A stretch of DNA of 64,000 nucleotides from Alphaproteobacteria bacterium (GTDB taxonomy: Bacteria; Pseudomonadota; Alphaproteobacteria; JBMOFM01): NCBI GenBank assembly GCA_049318825.1, contig JBMOFM010000001.1, positions 228-64,227 on the forward strand. The letters are read 5' to 3'. The number at the start of each line of letters is the position of its first letter. The first letter of the stretch is position 1. Position numbers and translations under genes: made by a program. Of this stretch, positions 27,328-35,311 are shown piece after piece. Below the pieces are notes generated by a model that ran no database searches, was not told the DNA's origin, and saw nothing but the letters and a program-made list of their open reading frames with translations.

Positions 27328-28314
27328 TTACAAGACAATATCAGCGAAAGGATCTTCATTGGTGAAAGAAAGCCCCAATTCGGCTGCTAATTTGCGCATG
27401 GGTGGCGGCGGTGGTGCTTGAATATCCAGCATTTTTTTAGGATCAGCGGGATGAGGCATTTTTAGGCGGGTGGCATGCAGGCAGAGGCGGTTTTCAGCAT
27501 TAGCCAGCCATTGGGCTTCTGTGGGGTTAAAGCCGTATTTATCATCGCCCCAGATGGGGGTGTTAATGGCGGCAAGATGTGCCCTGAGTTGGTGGGTACG
27601 GCCAGTTTTTGGCCACAGGGCTACCAGAGAGGCTTGATCACCTAGAGAATCGCACACATGATAATAGCTGATGGCGCGTTTGCCTTCTTCTTCATTCACT
27701 TCCATTTTTTCTTTGGTGCGGCCATCTTTTTTTAAGGCGGCATCTATCATGCCATGGCTGGGATCGGGCACGCGCAGGGTAATAGCCCAGTAATATTTAC
27801 GCATTTTTTTACCCATTTTCAGCCAAGCACCAATTTCAGCGGCCACGGCGCGGGTTTTGGCGAGTAATAGCACGCCGGATGTGTCTTTATCCAAACGGTG
27901 CACAAGGCGTGGTTTTTCTTTCCCCGGCCAGCAGGCTAAGAGAGCATCCACATGGCGGGTGGTGCCAGTGCCGCCTTGAACAGCTAAACCGGCGGGTTTA
28001 TTGATGGCGAAGAGGTGCTCATCTTCATAAATAATCATTTGCCGAAGAAAATTGAGGTTTTTTTCTTTTTCTGCGGCCGGAATGATGGGAACAGCAGATG
28101 GTGGCGGTGCTTTTAAGGCTTGGGGCGGCAAGCGGATCATTTGGCCAGTTGTGAGGCGCAATTCTGCGGTGGCTCTTTTGCCATCCACCCTTATTTGCCC
28201 TGAACGCAACCATTTGCGCACCATGCCATGATTGGCGTGGGGGCATTCTTTGGCTAACCACCGGTCTAGACGCATTCCAGCATCGGCAGCGGGCACTTGT
28301 TTAGGCTCTAACAT
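27328..28314 (-). CDS. RluA-family (RluC/RluD-type) rRNA pseudouridine synthase with S4 domain
   Basis: S4-like RLDRWLAKE...GQIRVDGKRA and catalytic HRLDKDTSGVLLLAK. Confidence 0.88.
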   Translation of the reverse strand: MLEPKQVPAADAGMRLDRWLAKECPHANHGMVRKWLRSGQIRVDGKRATAELRLTTGQMIRLPPQALKAPPPSAVPIIPAAEKEKNLNFLRQMIIYEDEHLFAINKPAGLAVQGGTGTTRHVDALLACWPGKEKPRLVHRLDKDTSGVLLLAKTRAVAAEIGAWLKMGKKMRKYYWAITLRVPDPSHGMIDAALKKDGRTKEKMEVNEEEGKRAISYYHVCDSLGDQASLVALWPKTGRTHQLRAHLAAINTPIWGDDKYGFNPTEAQWLANAENRLCLHATRLKMPHPADPKKMLDIQAPPPPPMRKLAAELGLSFTNEDPFADIVL

Positions 28315-28423
28315 TGAAATAATCCCTATAATAATCGCCCATTATAAGCGTGTAGGTTAGAATTGGGATAGGCCATTTTTTGATGCAGGGAAATATATAG
28401 CAGAGGCCGATAAATTATGAGTA

Positions 28424-28669
28424 TTAGGCTTGTTGTATTTTACCCGTGCCTCTACAATTGGCGCAATCGCAACGGCCTTGGCCTTTACAATTGGTGCAGG
28501 CTGTTTTGCCAGCCCCTAAGCAAATGTTACAAGTTGTTGGTTGTTCTGTGCCTTGTAGGGTGCCGCTGCCCTTACAAGAAAAACAATCGATTTTGCCAAG
28601 GGTATTACAAATAGGGCAGGGAAGTTGGCCTATACCATTACATTGGCGGCAATTGATGGGGGTACTCAT
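28424..28669 (-). CDS. 81-aa protein composed of six DnaJ-type CXXCXGXG zinc-finger repeats
   Basis: CRQCNGIG, CPICNTLG, CFSCKGSG, CNICLGAG, CTNCKGQG and CANCRGTG. 13 Cys in total. No signal peptide. The ATG lies 3 nt after the upstream gene's TAG. Confidence 0.75.
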   Translation of the reverse strand: MSTPINCRQCNGIGQLPCPICNTLGKIDCFSCKGSGTLQGTEQPTTCNICLGAGKTACTNCKGQGRCDCANCRGTGKIQQA

Positions 28670-28672
28670 GGC

Positions 28673-29017
28673 CTAAAAATTGCGTTGTGGTTTTTTCTGT
28701 GGTAATTTCCTAGTGCGGATCTCCTCGCTATCAATAGTGGGATAGCTGCAATGATGCTTATCCTGTTCTCGATTATTGGTTGTGCGGCCATTGGAGCCGG
28801 GGATTTCTTCGTATTTATTGCCAACAGGGCATGCGGGTAAGAAGGGGTGTATGGCAGGTCTTATTTTAGCAGAAGTATTGGACTGGCTGATAAGATTGGC
28901 AGAAGATAAATCTTGCGCTTGACCCGCACTGCTCACGTTAAAAATGCTGCTAATGGTGATGAATGACAGCGTAGTGACTGCGGTGGTTACGGTTATTGTT
29001 GGCTTGAAGAATTGCAT
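28673..29017 (-). CDS. Small secreted hypothetical protein
   Basis: 114 aa from the ATG at 29017. Signal-like MQFFKPTITVTTAVTTLSFITISSIFNVSSAGQA. The longer ORF-track start would overlap prs by about 100 nt. Confidence 0.5.
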   Translation of the reverse strand: MQFFKPTITVTTAVTTLSFITISSIFNVSSAGQAQDLSSANLISQSNTSAKIRPAIHPFLPACPVGNKYEEIPGSNGRTTNNREQDKHHCSYPTIDSEEIRTRKLPQKKPQRNF

Positions 29018-29054
29018 TGATGCACCGTTACGTGATGATAAGGTAAGGCTGGTT

Positions 29055-29987
29055 TTAATCAAAAAGGCTGGATACTGAGCGTTCTTCACTGATGCGTTTA
29101 ATGGCTTCTGCCATGAGCGGGGCAATGGTGAGTTGGCGGATATTGTGAGAACCACGCACGGCTTCAGTGGCTTGAATGGAATCGGTGATTACTAGTGATT
29201 GTAATTGAGAGCTGGATACTCTGGCGACCGCGCCGCCGGATAAAACACCGTGGGTACAATAAGCAGAAACCGTGAGGGCGCCAGCTGAAACCAGCGCTTG
29301 GGCGGCATTGCATAAGGTGCCTGCGGAATCGACAATATCATCCACCAGCACACAGGCTTTGCCGCGTACATCGCCAATGATGTTCATGACTTCGGAAACA
29401 CCTGCTTTTTCACGCCTTTTATCGATAATCGCTAAATCACAATCCAGTTTTTTGGCCACGGCTCTAGCGCGCACCACGCCGCCCACATCTGGCGATACCA
29501 CTACCAGATTGCGCGTATCCATTTGTTGTTTTATGTCTTCAATGAGTACTGGCGAGGCATATAAATTATCTAAGGGAATATCGAAAAAACCTTGGATTTG
29601 ACCGGCATGTAAATCCATAGTAAGGACGCGGTTGGCGCCAGCACCGGTAATTAAATTGGCCACCAATTTAGCGCTGATAGGAGAGCGTGAGCCGGTTTTA
29701 CGATCTTGCCGGCCATAGCCATAATAGGGGATAACGGCGGTAATACGGCGGGCAGAGCCACGGCGAAGGGCATCGATGGTGATCAGCAATTCCATGATGT
29801 TATCATTGGCTGGAAAGGAAGTGGATTGCAGAACAAACACATCTTCTCCGCGTACATTTTCTAGGATTTCAACAAAAATTTCCAGATCAGCAAAGCGTTG
29901 AATATTAGCAGAAGTAAGCGGCACACGCAGCTGCTTAGCAATGGATTCTGCTAAAGGACGATTACTATTACAGGCAATAATTTTCAT
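29055..29987 (-). CDS. prs: Ribose-phosphate pyrophosphokinase
   Basis: [17 protein letters not shown] start, [10 protein letters not shown] and [11 protein letters not shown] blocks, and the PRPP loop [12 protein letters not shown]. Confidence 0.93.
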   Translation of the reverse strand: MKIIACNSNRPLAESIAKQLRVPLTSANIQRFADLEIFVEILENVRGEDVFVLQSTSFPANDNIMELLITIDALRRGSARRITAVIPYYGYGRQDRKTGSRSPISAKLVANLITGAGANRVLTMDLHAGQIQGFFDIPLDNLYASPVLIEDIKQQMDTRNLVVVSPDVGGVVRARAVAKKLDCDLAIIDKRREKAGVSEVMNIIGDVRGKACVLVDDIVDSAGTLCNAAQALVSAGALTVSAYCTHGVLSGGAVARVSSSQLQSLVITDSIQATEAVRGSHNIRQLTIAPLMAEAIKRISEERSVSSLFD

Positions 29988-30100
29988 AAATCCACCAGAT
30001 ATAGTCAATATGCATAAAATTGACCTTATAGCAGAAAATTACCAAAAAATCATAATTAATTGATGGATTGGGACATCATGGCTCTGTTTTTGGCAAAATA

Positions 30101-30886
30101 TCAGCCATTTTCCCACATAATGGCGGATAACATGCGGCCATAATCGCTTTCATTGTTTAAGCAAGAGCGGCGATAGCTGAAAAAACGCAGGGGGTTGCTT
30201 AGGGTATCTTGGTTGGTGGTATGAATATCGCTGAGGCCAGCCAATTGTAACCGTTGCTGAATATAGCCAGAAAGATTGAATAGCAAGTGGCCTTGACGGG
30301 CAGCGTGTTTGAAAAATGGCGAACACCAAGGTGAGATATAAGATAAATTATCCTGAAAATCATTGCTGACCTCATAGGAATTTTCACCGATGCAAGGGCC
30401 AATGCCGGCTTTGATGTTGTTTAACTGGGCTCCTTTTTTCAGCATGGCGGCAATGGTAGCTTCTAGAATGCCACCACTAGCCCCACGCCAACCAGCATGA
30501 GCAGCGCCAATAATTCGTGCGTGCGGGTCAACAAATAAGACTGGGGCGCAATCGGCGGCTAACACACCAATAGCAAGAGAATGGTTGGATGTTACCAGAG
30601 CATCGCCCTGAGGGCGTTCTTCTGTGGTGGTATTGTGGCTATCGGCATCCACCACTATCGCACTATGAATTTGGTAGAGAGTTTGCAAATGAGCGGTGTG
30701 ATTAGTGAGGGTTGCCACACAGCGTTGGCGATTTTCTGTGACATGGCTAATGTCATCTTTTGCCCCTAGGCCGCAATTAAGGCTGTTATATAACCCCTTG
30801 CTAACACCCCCCTCGCGGGTGAAAAAAGCATGTTTGAGGCCAGAAATTTGATTCCAAGAAGGAATAGTGATGGTGGGTAATTTCAT
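30101..30886 (-). CDS. pgeF: Peptidoglycan editing factor PgeF (YfiH/DUF152, laccase-domain protein)
   Basis: QIHS..V, GDALVT, LAADCAPVLF and HAGWRG blocks. Confidence 0.88.
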   Translation of the reverse strand: MKLPTITIPSWNQISGLKHAFFTREGGVSKGLYNSLNCGLGAKDDISHVTENRQRCVATLTNHTAHLQTLYQIHSAIVVDADSHNTTTEERPQGDALVTSNHSLAIGVLAADCAPVLFVDPHARIIGAAHAGWRGASGGILEATIAAMLKKGAQLNNIKAGIGPCIGENSYEVSNDFQDNLSYISPWCSPFFKHAARQGHLLFNLSGYIQQRLQLAGLSDIHTTNQDTLSNPLRFFSYRRSCLNNESDYGRMLSAIMWENG

Positions 30887-31977
30887 GAAAAACCTAGCAT
30901 GGCAGGGATTTGAGGGTGATGAAAGCTGAGTGCCAAAAATTGACCACCCATTTGTAATGGATGCAAGAGTCTGACCATGGCGGCTTCTATTTCAGCTTTT
31001 TGTGTGATATTGGCGTGTTTTTTTAATTGTGTTGCCCGTTCTGGCAAGCCCAAACGCTGTAATAAGGCAGTTTGGCTGGTGATGGCCGAAACACCAAGAT
31101 GCTGTTGCTGAAAGATATGTTGTAATTGCTGGAAATTGACTAGGGCGCTGATATCTGCTGCGCCCAATGTTGATAAGAAATCAACCCGTTCATGACGAAA
31201 TACCGCTTGGATGGTACTAATTTTAGGGGGAGAAATATAGCCATAATCAATGATTAAACCATAACCATGGTTGTGTTGAGCATAATTGGCTAGCTGTGCC
31301 GCGAATATTTCGCTCATCGGTGATTTTTCTATAACAAGATCGAGAGGGGCTTCTGCGGGAAAAGATGGTACAACTTTTTCTCCCACCCCCCATGCTAGCT
31401 TGCCTTCTTGCATTTTTATGGTGCGTTGCCGCCATGATTGGCCATCAAATACATATTGCTCGATGGGGAGGCAATCAAAAAACTCATTGGCCATGAGTAA
31501 GAAGGGCATATTGGGCAGGCTACCGAGATCATCATGAAAGGTAACTTTTTTACCTGCTGCTGCTTGTTGTTGTAATAATCGCAGATCTTCATGCGATTCT
31601 AAAAGATGCAATTCTAGGGCTTGATAAAGTGTTGGAGCGTAGCGTTGGCATATGCGTAATATATCCGCCATTAAAGTGCCGCGTCCTCCACCCAATTCGA
31701 TATAAGCACAAGGAGAGGGGCAGCCCATTTGTTGCCAGCCTTGGATAAACCAAGCGGCCAACACTTCGCCAAACATTTGGGAAATTTCTGGTGCGGTGAT
31801 AAAATCACCATTTTTGCCCAATGGCAAATGTTGGGCGGCGTGATGAGGCGATTGTTGCCCGCGGCGATAATAACCAAATTGCGGGTGGTAGGCTGCTATT
31901 TCCCACAATGTTGCTAAGGGTAAAGGCAAGAGCGGCCTAACATAATCCAGAAATGCTTGGTTGTTCACTCTGATCAC
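30883..31977 (-). CDS. Class I SAM-dependent methyltransferase, MidA/DUF185 family
   Basis: GDFITAPEISQMFGE and ELGGGRGTLMADIL blocks. 4-nt overlap with pgeF. Confidence 0.85.
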   Translation of the reverse strand: MIRVNNQAFLDYVRPLLPLPLATLWEIAAYHPQFGYYRRGQQSPHHAAQHLPLGKNGDFITAPEISQMFGEVLAAWFIQGWQQMGCPSPCAYIELGGGRGTLMADILRICQRYAPTLYQALELHLLESHEDLRLLQQQAAAGKKVTFHDDLGSLPNMPFLLMANEFFDCLPIEQYVFDGQSWRQRTIKMQEGKLAWGVGEKVVPSFPAEAPLDLVIEKSPMSEIFAAQLANYAQHNHGYGLIIDYGYISPPKISTIQAVFRHERVDFLSTLGAADISALVNFQQLQHIFQQQHLGVSAITSQTALLQRLGLPERATQLKKHANITQKAEIEAAMVRLLHPLQMGGQFLALSFHHPQIPAMLGFS

Positions 31978-31986
31978 TTTATTTTC

Positions 31987-32595
31987 TTAACGTCGTGCCG
32001 TAAAAGAAGCTATATGTCGCCAAAATTCTTGCTTGTGCTCACCTTGTTCCATATTACCACGAAAGGCAGCGGTTTGCATGAGTGCACCTTTTTTTTCAGC
32101 CCCGCGATGACTGAGGCAGGAATGTTCGGCTTCTATGACCACGCCCACACCAGCAGCATCCACATGGTTCATTAGGGAATCGGCAATCTGGGCGGTCATG
32201 CGCTCTTGTAATTGTAGGCGTTTGGCAAAGACATCGACTAAGCGTGCTAATTTGCTAAGACCGACCACCTTGAGATGCGGAATGTAAGCAATATGTGCTA
32301 TACCCTTTACAGGGGCTAGGTGATGTTCGCACAAGGATGTAAATTCAATGCCACACAGCACCACCAAGCCTTTATAACCTTCGGTTTCTTCAAAGAAAGG
32401 CTGTAATATTTGTTCTGGAGCTTGGTTGTAACCAGTACAAGCTTCCCGCATGGCTTTGATAACCCGTTGGGGGGTTTCTTGTAGCCCTTCCCTGTTGGGT
32501 TGTTCGCCTATATAACGCAATAATGTGCTAACGGCTGCGCGGGCTTCTTCTTCGGTTGGCAGGGCTAGGTGAAGTTTAGGGCGTAGGTTTTGCAT
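31987..32595 (-). CDS. folE: GTP cyclohydrolase I
   Basis: SLCEHHLAPV and SCLSHRG blocks. Start set at the ATG at 32595 to avoid overlap with apaG. Confidence 0.92.
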   Translation of the reverse strand: MQNLRPKLHLALPTEEEARAAVSTLLRYIGEQPNREGLQETPQRVIKAMREACTGYNQAPEQILQPFFEETEGYKGLVVLCGIEFTSLCEHHLAPVKGIAHIAYIPHLKVVGLSKLARLVDVFAKRLQLQERMTAQIADSLMNHVDAAGVGVVIEAEHSCLSHRGAEKKGALMQTAAFRGNMEQGEHKQEFWRHIASFTARR

Positions 32596-32608
32596 ATTGG
32601 AGGAATCC

Positions 32609-33013
32609 CTAATTAAGCTGTTGTGGTTGATGGGGGCTATCGAGTGAAAAAGTAGGAATTTCAACTGAAAATTGTTCACCTTCTACGCTTTGCATATCGT
32701 AAGCGCCGCTCATAAAACCTGAAGCGGTAGCCAGTGGTGTGCCACTGCTATATTCAAAAGATTCACCGGGGCGCAGTACTGGCTGTTCTCCTACAACACC
32801 AGCCCCTTTTACTTCTTGTACCCTGCCTTGCGCATCGATGATCCGCCAATAACGGCTTTTGAGTTGAACTGTTTGTTGCCCCTGATTTTCTATGCGGATG
32901 TGATAAGCCCAAACATAATGGGAATCATCGGGCGATGATTGTTCTTGTAAATATTCAGGGAGAACCGTAATGAGAATCTCTCTGGTTTTTTTGCTGTAGA
33001 GCAGCTCGGACAT
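32609..33013 (-). CDS. apaG: ApaG (DUF525) protein
   Basis: YVWAYHIRIENQG, RYWRIIDAQGRVQEVKGAGVVGEQPVLRPGESFEYSSG. Confidence 0.9.
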   Translation of the reverse strand: MSELLYSKKTREILITVLPEYLQEQSSPDDSHYVWAYHIRIENQGQQTVQLKSRYWRIIDAQGRVQEVKGAGVVGEQPVLRPGESFEYSSGTPLATASGFMSGAYDMQSVEGEQFSVEIPTFSLDSPHQPQQLN

Positions 33014-33017
33014 ACAA

Positions 33018-33557
33018 TTATTCTCTATATTGATCAATTGTTGCTAATATAGCGAGGTTTTCTTCCATATTAGCTTGGCAAATAGCGGCAATATCTAAAT
33101 TGGGTTGTTTTTTTACTTTTTCCTGTAGCCAACAATCAAAACCAGCTTGCATTTGAGCGATATGTTGAAGGGCTTTTGTATTCTCGCGATATTTAATAAT
33201 GGCTGCTTCAACAGAATTATAGCGAGATAGGATATATTGTTGCTGCTGAGGTGAAGCTTTAAGTTGTTGATTATCAAATGCCGGTTGTATGATGGTAACC
33301 GTTTTGCCAGCATTGGCTAGGGCAGCTCGTTGTGCAAAAAAATCAGCCGAATTAATATTTTGCTTATCGATAATATTTCCATGTTCTAGATAATAACGCG
33401 CTACGCCATTATATTCTTGAGCGATATACCAAGAATAATCCCCCCCATAGAGGGATGGTTTGGCACTATAAGTGTACCAATAAGCAGAAAAAGGGGAGCA
33501 TGCTGAATTGACCAGCAATACTCCCCCCAACAATAGATAAGAAATAACTAATCTCAA
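33018..33557 (-). CDS. Hypothetical lipoprotein, paralogous to the N-terminal domain of the adjacent OmpA-family protein
   Basis: Lipobox LVNSAC. ADFFAQRAALANAGK and AGFDCWLQE align with ADHFAQKGLLSAQGK and ATFDCWTQQ of the next gene. Confidence 0.6.
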   Translation of the reverse strand: MRLVISYLLLGGVLLVNSACSPFSAYWYTYSAKPSLYGGDYSWYIAQEYNGVARYYLEHGNIIDKQNINSADFFAQRAALANAGKTVTIIQPAFDNQQLKASPQQQQYILSRYNSVEAAIIKYRENTKALQHIAQMQAGFDCWLQEKVKKQPNLDIAAICQANMEENLAILATIDQYRE

Positions 33558-33575
33558 TTAACGCAACATTCCTTA

Positions 33576-34613
33576 TTATTGCACAGGCACTGGAGCCATT
33601 GCTGGCGGAGCATCTGTGCTATCGGTAATAATTTGAGCGGGGGCTTTTATTTTATGCTCAGTGGCTGAATGCACTGGTGCTGGAGCTGCCGATTTTTCGG
33701 TTGCTTTTTCAGCGGCTGGGGCATCAAAACGAATTTCGGCACGACGGTTAGCAGGCTCTCTTACGCCAACATCGGTAGCAACCAACGGCATGGTAAGACC
33801 AGCGCCTTTAGCAGAAATAATATCGGAAGCAACACCGCGTGCCACCAAGCCTTCACGCACGGCATTAGCGCGGCGCTCAGAGAGTTTTTGGTTGTAGCGG
33901 GCAGAACCAGAAAGATCGGTATGGCCAACCACTTCAATGGCTGGTGGTTTGACTTGACTGGCTTCAGTGGCAACAGTGTCTAATACTTGACCTGCAGATT
34001 GGTTAATGTTGGCTTTGTTCCAATCAAAAAATACCATGAACAGCATGTTTTCTGGGGCAACTTTTTCTTGCTCTGCTACTGGTGCGGATTGAACCGCTGG
34101 CGTATTATCGCTGATAACAGGTGCTGGCGCTGTTTCTTTGAGTTTTTTGGTGGCCATATTTAAGGCTGTAATGAAACCTTTGCGGCAGCTTTCAACGGCG
34201 GCGCCAGATTTTTCTGTTTGCTGTGTCCAGCAATCAAATGTTGCTTGAGCCACAGCAGTTTCGTCGGCTGCTTTGGTTCTGCCACCTTGACGTAAAACAT
34301 CATCCAATTGTTTTGATGAGGTTAACAAATTATCCTTAGCTTTTTTATCGCTAATGTTCCATTTTGCAGGGTTTTCAGGGGCTACAATTTTGCCTTGCGC
34401 TGATAGTAAACCTTTTTGTGCAAAATGATCAGCATACACGTTGTCATGGCCTTCATTTTGAAGCCTGTTAGCAAATGCACGATATTCAGTGGTAAGGCGT
34501 TGGGTAAAAGGCGTGCCATTAGCAGACACTTTATTTAATTCAGCCAGTTTTTCACTTTTACTGGCACAACCAGCCACAAGTAATAGGCAACCAAAAAGAT
34601 ATAAGGCACGCAT
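33576..34613 (-). CDS. OmpA-family peptidoglycan-binding lipoprotein
   Basis: Lipobox LLLVAGC. C-terminal OmpA_C block VVGHTDLSGSARYNQKLSERRANAV. Confidence 0.88.
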   Translation of the reverse strand: MRALYLFGCLLLVAGCASKSEKLAELNKVSANGTPFTQRLTTEYRAFANRLQNEGHDNVYADHFAQKGLLSAQGKIVAPENPAKWNISDKKAKDNLLTSSKQLDDVLRQGGRTKAADETAVAQATFDCWTQQTEKSGAAVESCRKGFITALNMATKKLKETAPAPVISDNTPAVQSAPVAEQEKVAPENMLFMVFFDWNKANINQSAGQVLDTVATEASQVKPPAIEVVGHTDLSGSARYNQKLSERRANAVREGLVARGVASDIISAKGAGLTMPLVATDVGVREPANRRAEIRFDAPAAEKATEKSAAPAPVHSATEHKIKAPAQIITDSTDAPPAMAPVPVQ

Positions 34614-34770
34614 GCGCAATTCTCCGACAAACAAAATAGAAACTAACCCACTATTGGAGAAGTTGTGCAATAATTAACCGCCGATGTAAACCCTTTAGTG
34701 ATAATTTTTATTGTTCTTTCATCTTTTTGTCACAGTTGAATCGGGAAATTGATTGCAGCATGATGGGGAA

Positions 34771-35274
34771 ATGACCATAAATGAAAATTATAAAATTATT
34801 GATGAAATAGCAGCCGATGCCCCTTTAATCGAGGCATTGCTAGATGAGGTATTTGGTACTGAGCGTTTTAGTAAAACGGTGTATCGATTACGCGAAGGGC
34901 GTTTGCCTATATTTTCTGTTTCTCAGGTAATAAAGCAGGATAAGGAGTTATTGGCCTCTATTCGCTATTGGCAGGTATGGGCAGGGAATATGCCAGCCTT
35001 GTTATTAGGGCCTATTGCTGTGCAGCCGGCTTATCAAGGCAAGGGTTTAGGGGATAAATTAATTCGCCATACCTTGACAATGGCAAAATATCAAGGGCAT
35101 CAGGCTGTTGTGTTGGTTGGTGATGCCCCATATTATCAGCGTTTTGGCTTTACGTCTGATCTAACCAGTAATTTATTATTACCCGGACCTGTGGATTTGC
35201 AGCGTTTTTTGGGGTTAGAGTTAGTGCAAGATAGCCTAAAAAATGCAAATGGGATGATAAGGGCTGAAGAATAG
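34771..35274 (+). CDS. GNAT-family N-acetyltransferase
   Basis: Acetyl-CoA motif QPAYQGKGLGDKLIRH. ATG at 34771 preferred over the TTG at 34753. Confidence 0.8.
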   Translation: MTINENYKIIDEIAADAPLIEALLDEVFGTERFSKTVYRLREGRLPIFSVSQVIKQDKELLASIRYWQVWAGNMPALLLGPIAVQPAYQGKGLGDKLIRHTLTMAKYQGHQAVVLVGDAPYYQRFGFTSDLTSNLLLPGPVDLQRFLGLELVQDSLKNANGMIRAEE

Positions 35275-35311
35275 CCTCTTAATCATCCTTTTTCTAAACC
35301 ATTGCAGATTT

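Noticed and set aside
28417-28676. + strand ORFs 28417..28614 and 28446..28676
   Set aside because: They lie antisense to the six-repeat CXXCXGXG gene. That gene's repeat structure makes the minus-strand frame the real one.
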